From assembly GCF_009914755.1 (NCBI RefSeq), contig NC_060938.1: a stretch of DNA of 64,000 nt. One strand, written 5' to 3'. Position 1 is the stretch's first letter. Each line of letters starts with the position of its first letter. A program made the position numbers and the translations under genes. The notes below the pieces were generated by a model. That model was not told where the DNA came from and made no database searches. It saw only the letters and a program-made list of their open reading frames with translations. This DNA is from the human T2T-CHM13v2.0 reference genome, Homo sapiens. Positions 50,871 to 64,000 of this stretch are shown here, one piece after another.

Positions 50871-51559
50871 TATATATATAACCAACAAGAATGACAGGGA
50901 TAATTGAGATGTTACTGCACAAAGTTTCAATACAGTCAAAAGCTAATATGCTCTATGTGCTACCATATAAAGGTTGTTTAGTTTACGACCCACATAACCA
51001 AAGATAAACTAGAACTTCTTATTCTTCAGTCACAGCCTGGGCTCATCACGAAAGGCAGCCAGCACTTCAACGGACTCACTGCCTCTACCTTTCTCCTTGC
51101 TTGGATGAAGAATCTGAATCTAGAAGCCCACCAAATTCATCTAACAGTAGTGCAAGCAGATATTGCTTTGGAAAATATCTCAGCAGAGAACACTCCTGGG
51201 ATGTATTTCATCAGTCTGATACTTCCAACTCTGCCAGGGAACAAGCTCACCAAAGGCTTCTCATCAAACAGCTCTGCCCTAAACACCCTGGGGATTCCCC
51301 AACAGTGTCTTGCGGGCCTAATGACACTCATGTTCCTTCTCATGCTTACCTTTCTTTGCCTGACGTGAGTGCAAAAACCTATCTTAAGCAAGATAATTGT
51401 AAAAATACAAAAATTAAATGATAACAAATATCTCCAGAGTACTTACAAAAACTACTGTCACATTTAGGAGGCCACTCTGAGCCAGGCTGTCATCAAGGGC
51501 ATGAGCTCCAGAGCAGGCCACCTGTCATTTGTCAAAGGTTATAAACCAGGAAGAAAGAT

Positions 51560-52487
<928 letters not shown>

Positions 52488-53377
52488 TAAAACAAGAGCT
52501 GGAAGACCTGAATTCTAGCAGGGGGCTGTCACCAACTAGCTGCCCTAGCCAGGCATTAGTTGTATAGCATCATACAGAGAAATCTGCATTCTATTGAAGG
52601 GTAGCATACATTATACAAATAATAATAATACAATTTTAGACATATTCACTATTAAACATGCTTCATTTTTCTGTTATCATACTGTATGGTTTAAGTGTTA
52701 TTTCCTTAAGTCACTAAGCATAAATTTGACTTCAAAATAGGTGTCAATCATAAAAACACAGGCGAATCAAGTATGCAAGTGTCTACATATTATTTCTAAG
52801 TGCAAAATACAAGGGACTGAGAAGGTTATTTTCTAGATATTTCATACCAAACTTGCAGGAAGAGAAAGGATGTTATGGTGAATATCTTAATTCTCAGCAG
52901 TGCAGCTCTGAACTCAGTTGCCTGACTTAACAATAATACCTCTCCAGTGATTTTTCTCCAATCCATTATTATCCCTCAGTGTATTATTCCAACTAACAAA
53001 TTTACATGATGAAACAGAAAGTGGAAACGGCTAAAGAATACTAAAAAAGAGCTGCCAGTTAATGAGTGTCCTATGGATGCTATTGGTCTTTGGTCCACTC
53101 CATCAACGAGATGGTGGGAGGAAACAAAGTTGATTATACACAGGGTTACACATATGTAAAGCAACTAGCACAGGGCATGGAATATGGTCAGTACCCAATG
53201 CAGAGCTATCATTCTTACTATTACATGCAGCCATATCACATACAAAAGAAACAAATCCCAGGGAAGTTGGTTTCCTCAGTTCACACAGGTAGTCTGCAGG
53301 GATTTGAACCCAAGTCCATTGAGCACCAAAACTTTACCTCTTTTCTTCCAAAACCCCACTTTGCCAAATGTAGTTGA

Positions 53378-53787
<410 letters not shown>

Positions 53788-56700
53788 AATAAGTTGTTTT
53801 TAGATTCACATGAGCTTGCCACTCAGCATGAGATTACCCGTATATTTTCTTAGCCTGAGTAGGCAAAATAAGTCAAAACTTATTTAAAATAACAAAACTA
53901 CTCTGCCCCATATATAAATCTCAACACTATACACCTTTTAATGATCATATTTGGGTAATCTACTATAGAAAGTGGTACAAACCCTTGATAGGAAGTTATT
54001 TCTACTACATGCTACCAATCCTCATGAAGGATTTGTGACATACACAGTTTCTTCTAGTAATGTTAGCATCTTAGGCAAAAACTTAAATTGCCTCTGTATG
54101 TTCTGTCAATTCATTAAAAGATAAAGGAAATCTAAGTGACATTTGTTTATGAACAAATTGCTCAGAGAACTGAATAGGAAAATATTCGCTAAATTGGCAT
54201 ACTGTTAAAAGAATGATGAATCCTTGTTAATAGAAAAGAAAATGCCATATTCACATAAAGTGTGTATCTGACAAGAAGAATGATACAGAGGGCTCAACAA
54301 TTGGCCTGGGAACTTGATTAATGTATAAAGGAAGAATGAATCATCCATTCAATTCCTGAAGATGCATCACATACCTGCTGCCTAGCAGGGAAGACAGACA
54401 TGGATCTACCATCAGCAGGACAGTGGGGGAATTCCCACTCATGACCTCCCCTCTGTCCCCCCTGAGAGGGGCTTTTTCCTTAATAGTAAGTTGTCCCACT
54501 GAGCAATGAATGGCCCTTCCTGAGACCTAAAGATGAAGGCCAAAGAAAAAAAGGGCATCTGTAGTAGAAGGGTCAGCGAGGGGAGGCTCTATATTCAGAG
54601 GCAAATTATTATTTTTTAATTATGAAGGTCTTGAATTGTTCACAAATATTCCATCCTTCCAGCATCTTTCACTCTGGGAAGTAGAAGACCAGGGAAGAAA
54701 GATCCTGCTCTGTGACAAGGGGAGAAAAAGGGAAAGACTGCCTTAACCAGGAAGCCTCCAGGCCCACAGCCTAGGCCCATGGATGGACTTGGGGGAGAGA
54801 GTGGCTATGAACCACCTGAAATTGTATACAAAATTCTGTGTTTGCATCAGATCTCAAAGGGGTCCATGACCGCCACAAATTTAAAGGTCAAAGTTCGAGC
54901 AGAAGTCTGATATAAAATCTCAAATCCTGGGTCTTTTGCTTATTAGCTACGTAATCACTCAAACTTTTCTTAAGTTTAGTTTCCTAATTTGAAAATGGAA
55001 AAGATAATACAACGCCTAACTCATTGTGAAGATTAAATGAGGTAAATAAAGCTTCCAGCACAATAACGCTCATTTACCCAAATGGAGACAGCAGAAAGTC
55101 AAAGCTTCTAGAGATATTAGAAGGAATGGAATCTGATTCTATACACCAAAGACAGTGACAGCACTTAGAGCCCCCAAAACACCATCAGTTCCCTCATGTC
55201 CACCATTTTGTAATTCACCTTACAAATCTCGAATGAGTAAATTCATGCTTAATTCCACATGGTCCTGAGACTACACTACTGTGACAGACTGATGGTAAGA
55301 AAATAAGGACATCTGGTATCTCAAGGGAAAAATCCAATACTGAAAGGAAAACATCTTAGGTTATTAGCCTTTAAGTTTATTAGGCACTAAGTCTAGGTTG
55401 AATAATACTCTATTCTTCAAATAAACAGGTTTCCAAATTCTGCAATAACTTGTGATTGTAGAATAGACTTTAAAATGCATATCCTCCATGTTTGTATGTG
55501 TAATTTCCATACTTATTTATATGGCTAATTCTTAATTACCTAGACCAAAGAAGAAAAGTAACAAAACCTAAACATCAAGAAAAATCCCTGATCATTTATA
55601 ATTGGTGTTAGACTTGGGAAAGCTTTCTCTATCTAGGTGAGAGGCCAACCAACCTAACATTATATTTGCTTCAGACGGTCCAATAGCTCTAACTGAAAAT
55701 ATTCACAGATTCTTGTCTCTACCTCGGTCTTACTTGTTTTATAACGTACATACCTAAATGAATAACTACTTGGCCCAAAAGGTAAAAAAGTTTCTGGGTA
55801 CTAGACTTTTACTTTACATATATATCAGCTATTTTTAGAGTCCAAATGAAAACAGCTAGTACACAAGGAAATAAGCATGAAATTCTTGATGTCTACTCAG
55901 ATAACAGTCAAGATAAGGTCAGTGGATATTTGGAATACCTAAGACACTAATTTAAAATAAAACACTTTGATGGCCAAGAACACTTTCTAAAGTTGTGCTT
56001 GAGGGTTATGGTTTGCGTTATATGCTTGATTCCTCTCTATTCTAACAAATCCCCTAGCGAAAAAATATCCCCATCTGCCATAAGGTGCTATGAGAAGTAT
56101 CTGTTCAAAGTCCAGTGAGGAAGCTGACACTCCCTTGACACAGCAATCTTACATCAGGGAGCCACTACAACTAGATCACTTTCTAAGTGTTTCAGAAGAA
56201 GCCCCAAAGTGAAAAAGAAGAGTCTAAAGAAAATGGTGCTTTTCTATCTGTATACAAAACTTTGGAAATGTTTACCTCTCTCCAGGAAATAAAATCAGAG
56301 CAAACAAAGGCTGACTTAATTGTACTGCTGTCCATGTTTATCAATCTAAATTCAAAACTAAACTCTTAATTTTTAAACTAAGTAAACATTTATTCAGCAA
56401 CAACATAGGTGCAAGGTGCCATCCCAGACCCTGGCAATGCTCCAGTCAACAAGAGTCCTACTTTGATGGAGCTTACAGTCTATGGAACAAAAACTTGACA
56501 TTGTGTGTAACGCACTAAACACACAATTTAAAAAACATTTCGTAAAGATCTATGATAAACCAAAGCCTATAATTAAGAAATGAGAGGCCACTATATATAT
56601 TTTGCTAGACTTTCATCTTCAACAAAATACCCTGGAGGTAATTTTTAGCAGTGGCTCAGTATTTAACTCAACTTCAAAACAATAGTTATGTATGAAGGCC

Positions 56701-56852
56701 ATATATGGGAACAACAATAAAGACGCCCCAGCATGCACACACCCCCCTCAGAAACAGCTGAAAGAAAACTGTCCTCTAAGTTATAAAACTAACACAATAT
56801 ACCACAGCAAAAACATGAAAAAAATAACCTTGAAGAGACTTCCATGGTTTCA

Positions 56853-57196
<344 letters not shown>

Positions 57197-57279
57197 ATTC
57201 CTATGAAGAGAATTTGGTCAGTTACTACAACAGGGGATAGGAGTCACTAATAACAATAACATAACATCAACAAAAATGG

Positions 57280-57510
57280 TAATAAAGAAGAACACTTATT
57301 GAGAGTTTCCCAAATACCAGGTCCTTTGCTAAATGTTTTACATTTAACACCGAATCCTCATAACCACTATCAAGTAGGTACTATTATTATCCCCAACTTA
57401 CAAATGAAAAATCAATGAACTTGGGAAATTAAGTGATTTAATAATTACTTAAATGACAGCACTTGGATGCAACCTAGGTGTTTCTGAATACTGCAGACTG
57501 TCTTAACCAC
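57280..57510 (-). mobile_element. MIR
   Basis: gtaggtactattattatccccaacttacaaatgaaaaa. Confidence 0.6.
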
Positions 57511-57637
57511 TTTACTAAGCAGCCATCTCAAGAGGCAGACAGGCACTGAAGCACCACTGAAGCACCGCGCAGAGGAAAAGGTGCCCTGACTCAAAGGAAT
57601 TTGTCTGGTCCTGGAGGCAGCAATTCTCTGCTTATAA

Positions 57638-58052
<415 letters not shown>

Positions 58053-58520
58053 CTAACTATAGGAAAATCTTGGCCTAGGCAGAGGGCACACATACCTGGG
58101 ACCCTTGGCAGTTCCTTACTGCTTATAAATTACTAAACTTGGGTCCTGGTTTTACACATCATTTTTAGCGAGCTAGATTAAATCAGGTCTTCCCATGACA
58201 TGAGATTTTTGAGCCTGACTCTTGCACTCTGGATTGTGCTGATTCCGTCAAGGTGATGCCCCAGGCAGTGCCCATGCCCAGGTGGCCACTTGTGTCACCA
58301 CCTCCTTCAAGCCTCTACAGCATATGCTTTTAAAATTGGAGAAAATTTTCTAGCTCCCCTTAAATTCCACAAGGACTCACAGCCTCTCTTGAAAAAATGT
58401 TTTGAAACTCAGAAGAATGATAGGCAGGGAATTTCAACAGCTTTGAGAAACTACTGCTATAACGAACAGCAATATTTTCCTAAGGGAATAATTCATTTTC
58501 CCATTTTTAAAAGTTACTTT

Positions 58521-58847
<327 letters not shown>

Positions 58848-59101
58848 TTACTTTCTGTAGTTCAAATATGGTGAATTTAAAAGAAAGTTAGCAACCTAAG
58901 TTAACTACATTGGATACATGTATATTAACCACGTTGCTTTTAATTTAATACAAAATATCTTAGACACTTGTAAAAATATGACAGCTAAAAATACAAACAA
59001 AAAAAATACCCATATACCCAGTGTAAGAAACACTACTGATATAGCTGAAACCCCTGGGTATAGTGTTATACTATTGTGCGGCCCTTGTAACTGTCATTAT
59101 A

Positions 59102-59603
<502 letters not shown>

Positions 59604-60187
59604 CTATATGTACAAACTAGAAACAGGTGTGACCCCACTCAGATTATTTCTGAACAGTCATTTGTTAAGATTAGGCCTGATGCCTGAGCCATCTGTTTAT
59701 ATGCTACAGAGCAGAGCTTCTGGGGCTTTCAAAGAAAAAGTTTGCTATACAAACTTTCTACCCATGACTGTTACATTTATGTTGGAAATTGTGGGACAGA
59801 CTCTCCACAGGCAAAACATTTTCTAGGGACCATGCCTGTTTCCTCTTCTGTTAAAAATCAGGCTCAAAATATACCCACAGCTATATAAAGTTACTTGTTC
59901 CCTGAGACTGATAACTTCTAACAAGGGATGGCAATTTCTCTGGACTTATTAACAGAAGGAAGGCAATGCCTGTGGGTTCAGTTCTCCCTGTATTTACTGA
60001 ACACATTCCACACCTGGTATAAAAATAAATAAACCACAGTTCCTCAAGAAGCTGACTCTCTAGGCGTTATAGACAGACCTGGTGCACGAGGAAGAAAATT
60101 ACAGGAAGAAGAAACCATAATAGGAAAAAAAAAAAAAAGTCGAAGCAACCAAAGTAAATAAATAAATAAATAGAATATAAGCCACTA

Positions 60188-60488
60188 AGCCAGGCAAGGT
60201 GGCACACGCCTGTAATCCCACCTACTCACAAAGTTGAGGCAGGAAGATAACTAGAGGAAACAACTCCCAGACCAGCCTGGGCGACACAGCAAGACTCCAT
60301 CTCAAAAACACAAGTTAAAAAAAAAATTAGCTGGGTGTGGTGGAGTGTACCTGTAGTCCCAGCTCTTGGCAGGCTAAGGCAAAAGGATCACTTGAGCCTA
60401 GGTGTTTGAGGATGCATTGAGCTATGACGGTGCCACTGTACTCCAGCCTGGGTGATGGAGTGAGACCTCATCCCTAAAAAAGAATAAA
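60188..60488 (+). mobile_element. AluJ-like
   Basis: Diverged dimeric Alu. Confidence 0.8.
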
Positions 60489-60599
60489 TGCAAGTAAGCA
60501 GGGACTGGTTACTGAGGCCTGCTGTTCTGGTTTTCTTTCTTCTTCTTCGGCAGTTTCATCTCAGTTTCCTTCCAACACTTTCCCCTCCTCTAATCTACC

Positions 60600-61460
60600 A
60601 TGAGGGGTCTGCGATGTCCTCTTTTTCTCCCCTGGAGAGCCTCATACCATCTTCTGGCTTTAATGAACTCACTTAGGCTGATACTTCCCAATATCTTCCC
60701 TCTAACCTGGATCTCATGCCTGAACTCCAGATCAGCAGATCCATCTGTCTATTCAAAACCTCCAACTGGCACCTCAAACTCAGTATTTCTAAAACTGAAC
60801 TCACCACACGCTCCTCCTTGCCCCTAATAGATCTGCACTTCCTTTCACATTTCCTCTCTGTTATAGCCCCACCATCTACTGAAAACCTGAATATCAACCA
60901 GGACCCATGCTATCCCTTCTCTATTACTCGGTAGGTCCTGATCCAGATTCCAACCACCTCTCTCCAACCCTATCCAACTCCAGGTGGCTACCATCTGTAC
61001 CTGAACCACTCCCCTCAAATCATTCTCCAAAGGGCTCACTCTTCACAGAAACAATCGTACCACACCTGTTTACACCCTTCATTAACTTCCCCACTACCCT
61101 CAGGATAAATCTAAATCCTTTAACAAAAAATCCTCATTGTGTGGCCCTTACAGTCGGCCTTTCCTCCACGCACTTCAGGCTTCAGGCAGACCAGCTTCCT
61201 CTGCGTCTTTGGTCCTGTGCAGTTCTCTTTGTTGGAACTCCTCCAGCCCTTGATAGGACTCCCTTGCCCCATCCTCAGGTCACAGCTCAGAATCAAATTC
61301 CCTGAGCAGCCTTCCCTTTGCTGCACCTCCCTCTGGCCTATAGCACACCCTCTACTTCCCTTATCACAGCATGCATCATGCCTGTTTTCTTACTGGCAAC
61401 AACACTAGGGTGAGCTTCCAAGTATGTATGTGCTTGGCACTTACGCATCTTCAGTACTGA
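60600..61460. mobile_element. L2 fragment
   Basis: ctgaactccaga...cacctcaaactcagtatttctaaaactgaactc, typical L2 pyrimidine-rich strand. Confidence 0.6.
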
Positions 61461-61978
61461 GTGATCATATAAGTGATTGGATGGTCACCAGGAGCAAAGT
61501 TCATCTATTCCTGACTTTTTAGGTGGAATAACCAGTTTCTCTAACTTTCCCTTACCCAAGAACCAGGTAGCCAAAGGTAGGGAGGGTCCTAGGTTTAATT
61601 AGAGACCTTTCTTCACAGGCCTTGCATAACATTTTAAATTTAAGACATTATATGGATACATGAGTACCCCATAACTTCCTACCAACTAGATTAGGGGTTT
61701 CCTGGGCAAACCTCCCAATCGGTACTCTAATAGACTAGTTAGCAGAGCTTACAACCTTATGCTACTCTGAGAATTAGGTGTCACAGTCATCCCCATGGTT
61801 CAGATGGAGAACTGGGGCTCAGAGATATCACATAACTTGCCCAAGGTAACAGAAGCAGATGGTGAGGAAACTAGAACTCAAACTGAGTTCAGGCAGTATG
61901 TTTCTAGAACCTCGATCTGGCCTGTAAGAATATAGTCAATGAATTTTACTCAATGAATGTTGAAAGAACGAAGTCAAG

Positions 61979-62105
61979 AGCCGGACATGGTGGCACATGC
62001 CTATCGCGGGAGGATCGCTTGAGCCTAGGAATTTGAGACCAACCTGGGCAACATAGCTAGACCTACCTTGTCTCTAAAAAAATTAAAATGAACAAAAAAG
62101 AAAGA
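61979..62105 (+). mobile_element. FLAM_C-like monomer
   Basis: Left monomer plus A-rich tail. Confidence 0.75.
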
Positions 62106-62416
62106 ATGAAGTCAGTAAACTGTACTAGAGATCAGGATGACCTTTGGGGGTATATTAGAAAATGGAAATTTGAACAACCCAAAGTGTATTCACATTTGAT
62201 TCTGGATTACCTTAGAGGGGGAATATAAACATATTCAAAATAAGAACCATTAGTTCTTATAGGGCACCCCAAGGGGAGACTTCTTAATCTAATCTATTCC
62301 TGCTTCATGAGGAGGGGACTACAGGCTCAACTCAGACATCCCAGCCAGGGACACACAGTGAGTGGCCCGTGGGCTAGAACACACAGCCAGCATGCGGGCC
62401 AGAGAAGCCTGTCGTG

Positions 62417-63036
<620 letters not shown>

Positions 63037-63059
63037 TGCAGTGTCTTTAGGTGGCTTAC

Positions 63060-63239
63060 CTCCCGCAGCTCCAGCCTCTGGGCCACGGCCTCGAGGCTTT
63101 CCTGGCCAGTGCTCTCCACGGACAGGGTGAACTCCACAAACTCGTTATTAAGCAGTTGGATCCGGGCAACCAGGCAACTCTTGCTGGACACCGTGTAGCG
63201 CCGGGTGCGTTTCAGTTTCAACCCAAATGGCAGTGGCAT
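63060..63239 (-). CDS. PTPN21: PTPN21 first coding exon (aa 1-60, start of FERM domain)
   Basis: Translates [60 protein letters not shown], the PTPN21/PTPD1 N-terminus (paralogue PTPN14 starts MPFGLKLRRTRRYNVL). ATG has A at -3; donor GAG|GTAAGC; 180 nt, phase 0. Confidence 0.97.
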
Positions 63240-63441
63240 CTTCTTCTTTCTTCAAGAATGGAGGAGCAAAGAGGGAAAAGCTACCCCCACCAACCCAGCG
63301 CTGGTGACGCCAGGAGAAAGCGATCCTCTCCGTATGGGACGAACACTGTCCGGCCTCCAGCTGCTCACCCAGCAGCCGCTGCCGCCATTAAAAAGCAACG
63401 GAGTCTCCAATGGCCCGAGGAAGGGAGCATTGACGCCAGCG
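63240..63441 (-). other. PTPN21: PTPN21 5'UTR part of the first coding exon
   Basis: Acceptor ttcctctttccccag| at 63442-63443 with branch-point-like ACTAAC at 63461-63466 (minus); CpG-rich; implies an upstream non-coding exon beyond the window. Confidence 0.8.
63365..63430 (-). promoter_or_regulatory. upstream ORF (21 aa, MLPSSGHWRLRCFLMAAAAAG*) in the PTPN21 5'UTR
   Basis: ATG at 63430 and in-frame ATG at 63388, TGA ending 63365; out of frame with, and ending 125 nt before, the main ATG. Confidence 0.55.
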
Positions 63442-64000
63442 CTGGGGAAAGAGGAACGCCGTTAGTTAAGCAAACGTAACGCTGGGCTTTGCTTATATAA
63501 AGAAAAGCCAGTCAAGCTGTGGCCAAAGAACAAGCCGTCCCTCTCCACTGGAAAAAAGGCACTAACAGGACCCGGAAGGCAGGGTGGAATTTTATCTCAG
63601 AGTTGTGCTAGGCTCAGGGTCAGACTCCACCCTTCACTGTATCCTACAAATAGGGATAGCAAACTGGGCCATCCTCAGGATTAAATGAGATAATAGCCAG
63701 CACTACTATAATCCCAAATTTTGTAGTTAGTAATTGTGATCCTCTTCCTATTTTGGATAAGGTGTTGTTTTTTCATAGGTAACTCTTTCAGGTTGTAATA
63801 CTCCAAATGTCAGAGTTCTTTAGTCCTTAAGTGAGAAAAGTGCCAAATGGCCCCAAAAGAGCTAGGTTTCAGTCCCAATCCCTTTAGAAAATTAACCCTG
63901 AAGGCAAATGGGAGGAATAATCCCCACTAAGAAAGGCAGGTGTGTGATTCAAACCCGGTGAGGTGCCTAACAAGCGCTTGTGGAAGTATTTACGTCATCA

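Noticed and set aside
63051-63479. + strand ORFs (142 and 86 aa) over the first coding exon
   Set aside because: Antisense shadows of a GC-rich exon; no independent support.

Overview
Human (primate) genomic DNA, entirely inside the PTPN21 (PTPD1) gene, which is transcribed on the minus strand. Nine coding exons were traced by hand. All have GT-AG boundaries and join in one open frame (180+170+98+68+71+88+89+88+80 = 932 nt, about 310 aa, the N-terminal FERM domain). The non-coding first exon and the exons for the linker and phosphatase domain lie outside the window. The introns are dense with Alu, L1, L2, MIR, MaLR-LTR and Tigger/MER DNA-transposon relics, plus a 3'-truncated U4 snRNA retrocopy. 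The most unusual structure is at 30184-31313, 122 nt upstream of the exon-3 acceptor. It consists of two back-to-back inverted duplications: a 267-bp pair of apparently unique-sequence arms with a single mismatch, and an inverted Alu-tail/poly-A/microsatellite pair. Each is centred on a palindromic TA/CA microsatellite, and they are joined through a 2-nt microhomology and an 18-nt templated duplication. This looks like a double fold-back (cruciform or hairpin-end) repair scar. It should give a long near-perfect dsRNA hairpin in the pre-mRNA, and it assembles a candidate frameshifting cryptic exon. A twin-primed inverted L1, serial Alu insertions into one target site and a 5'UTR uORF are also noted. 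No prokaryote-like system, CRISPR array, tRNA or rRNA was seen. Repeat subfamily names and some repeat boundaries are recognised by eye and are approximate.
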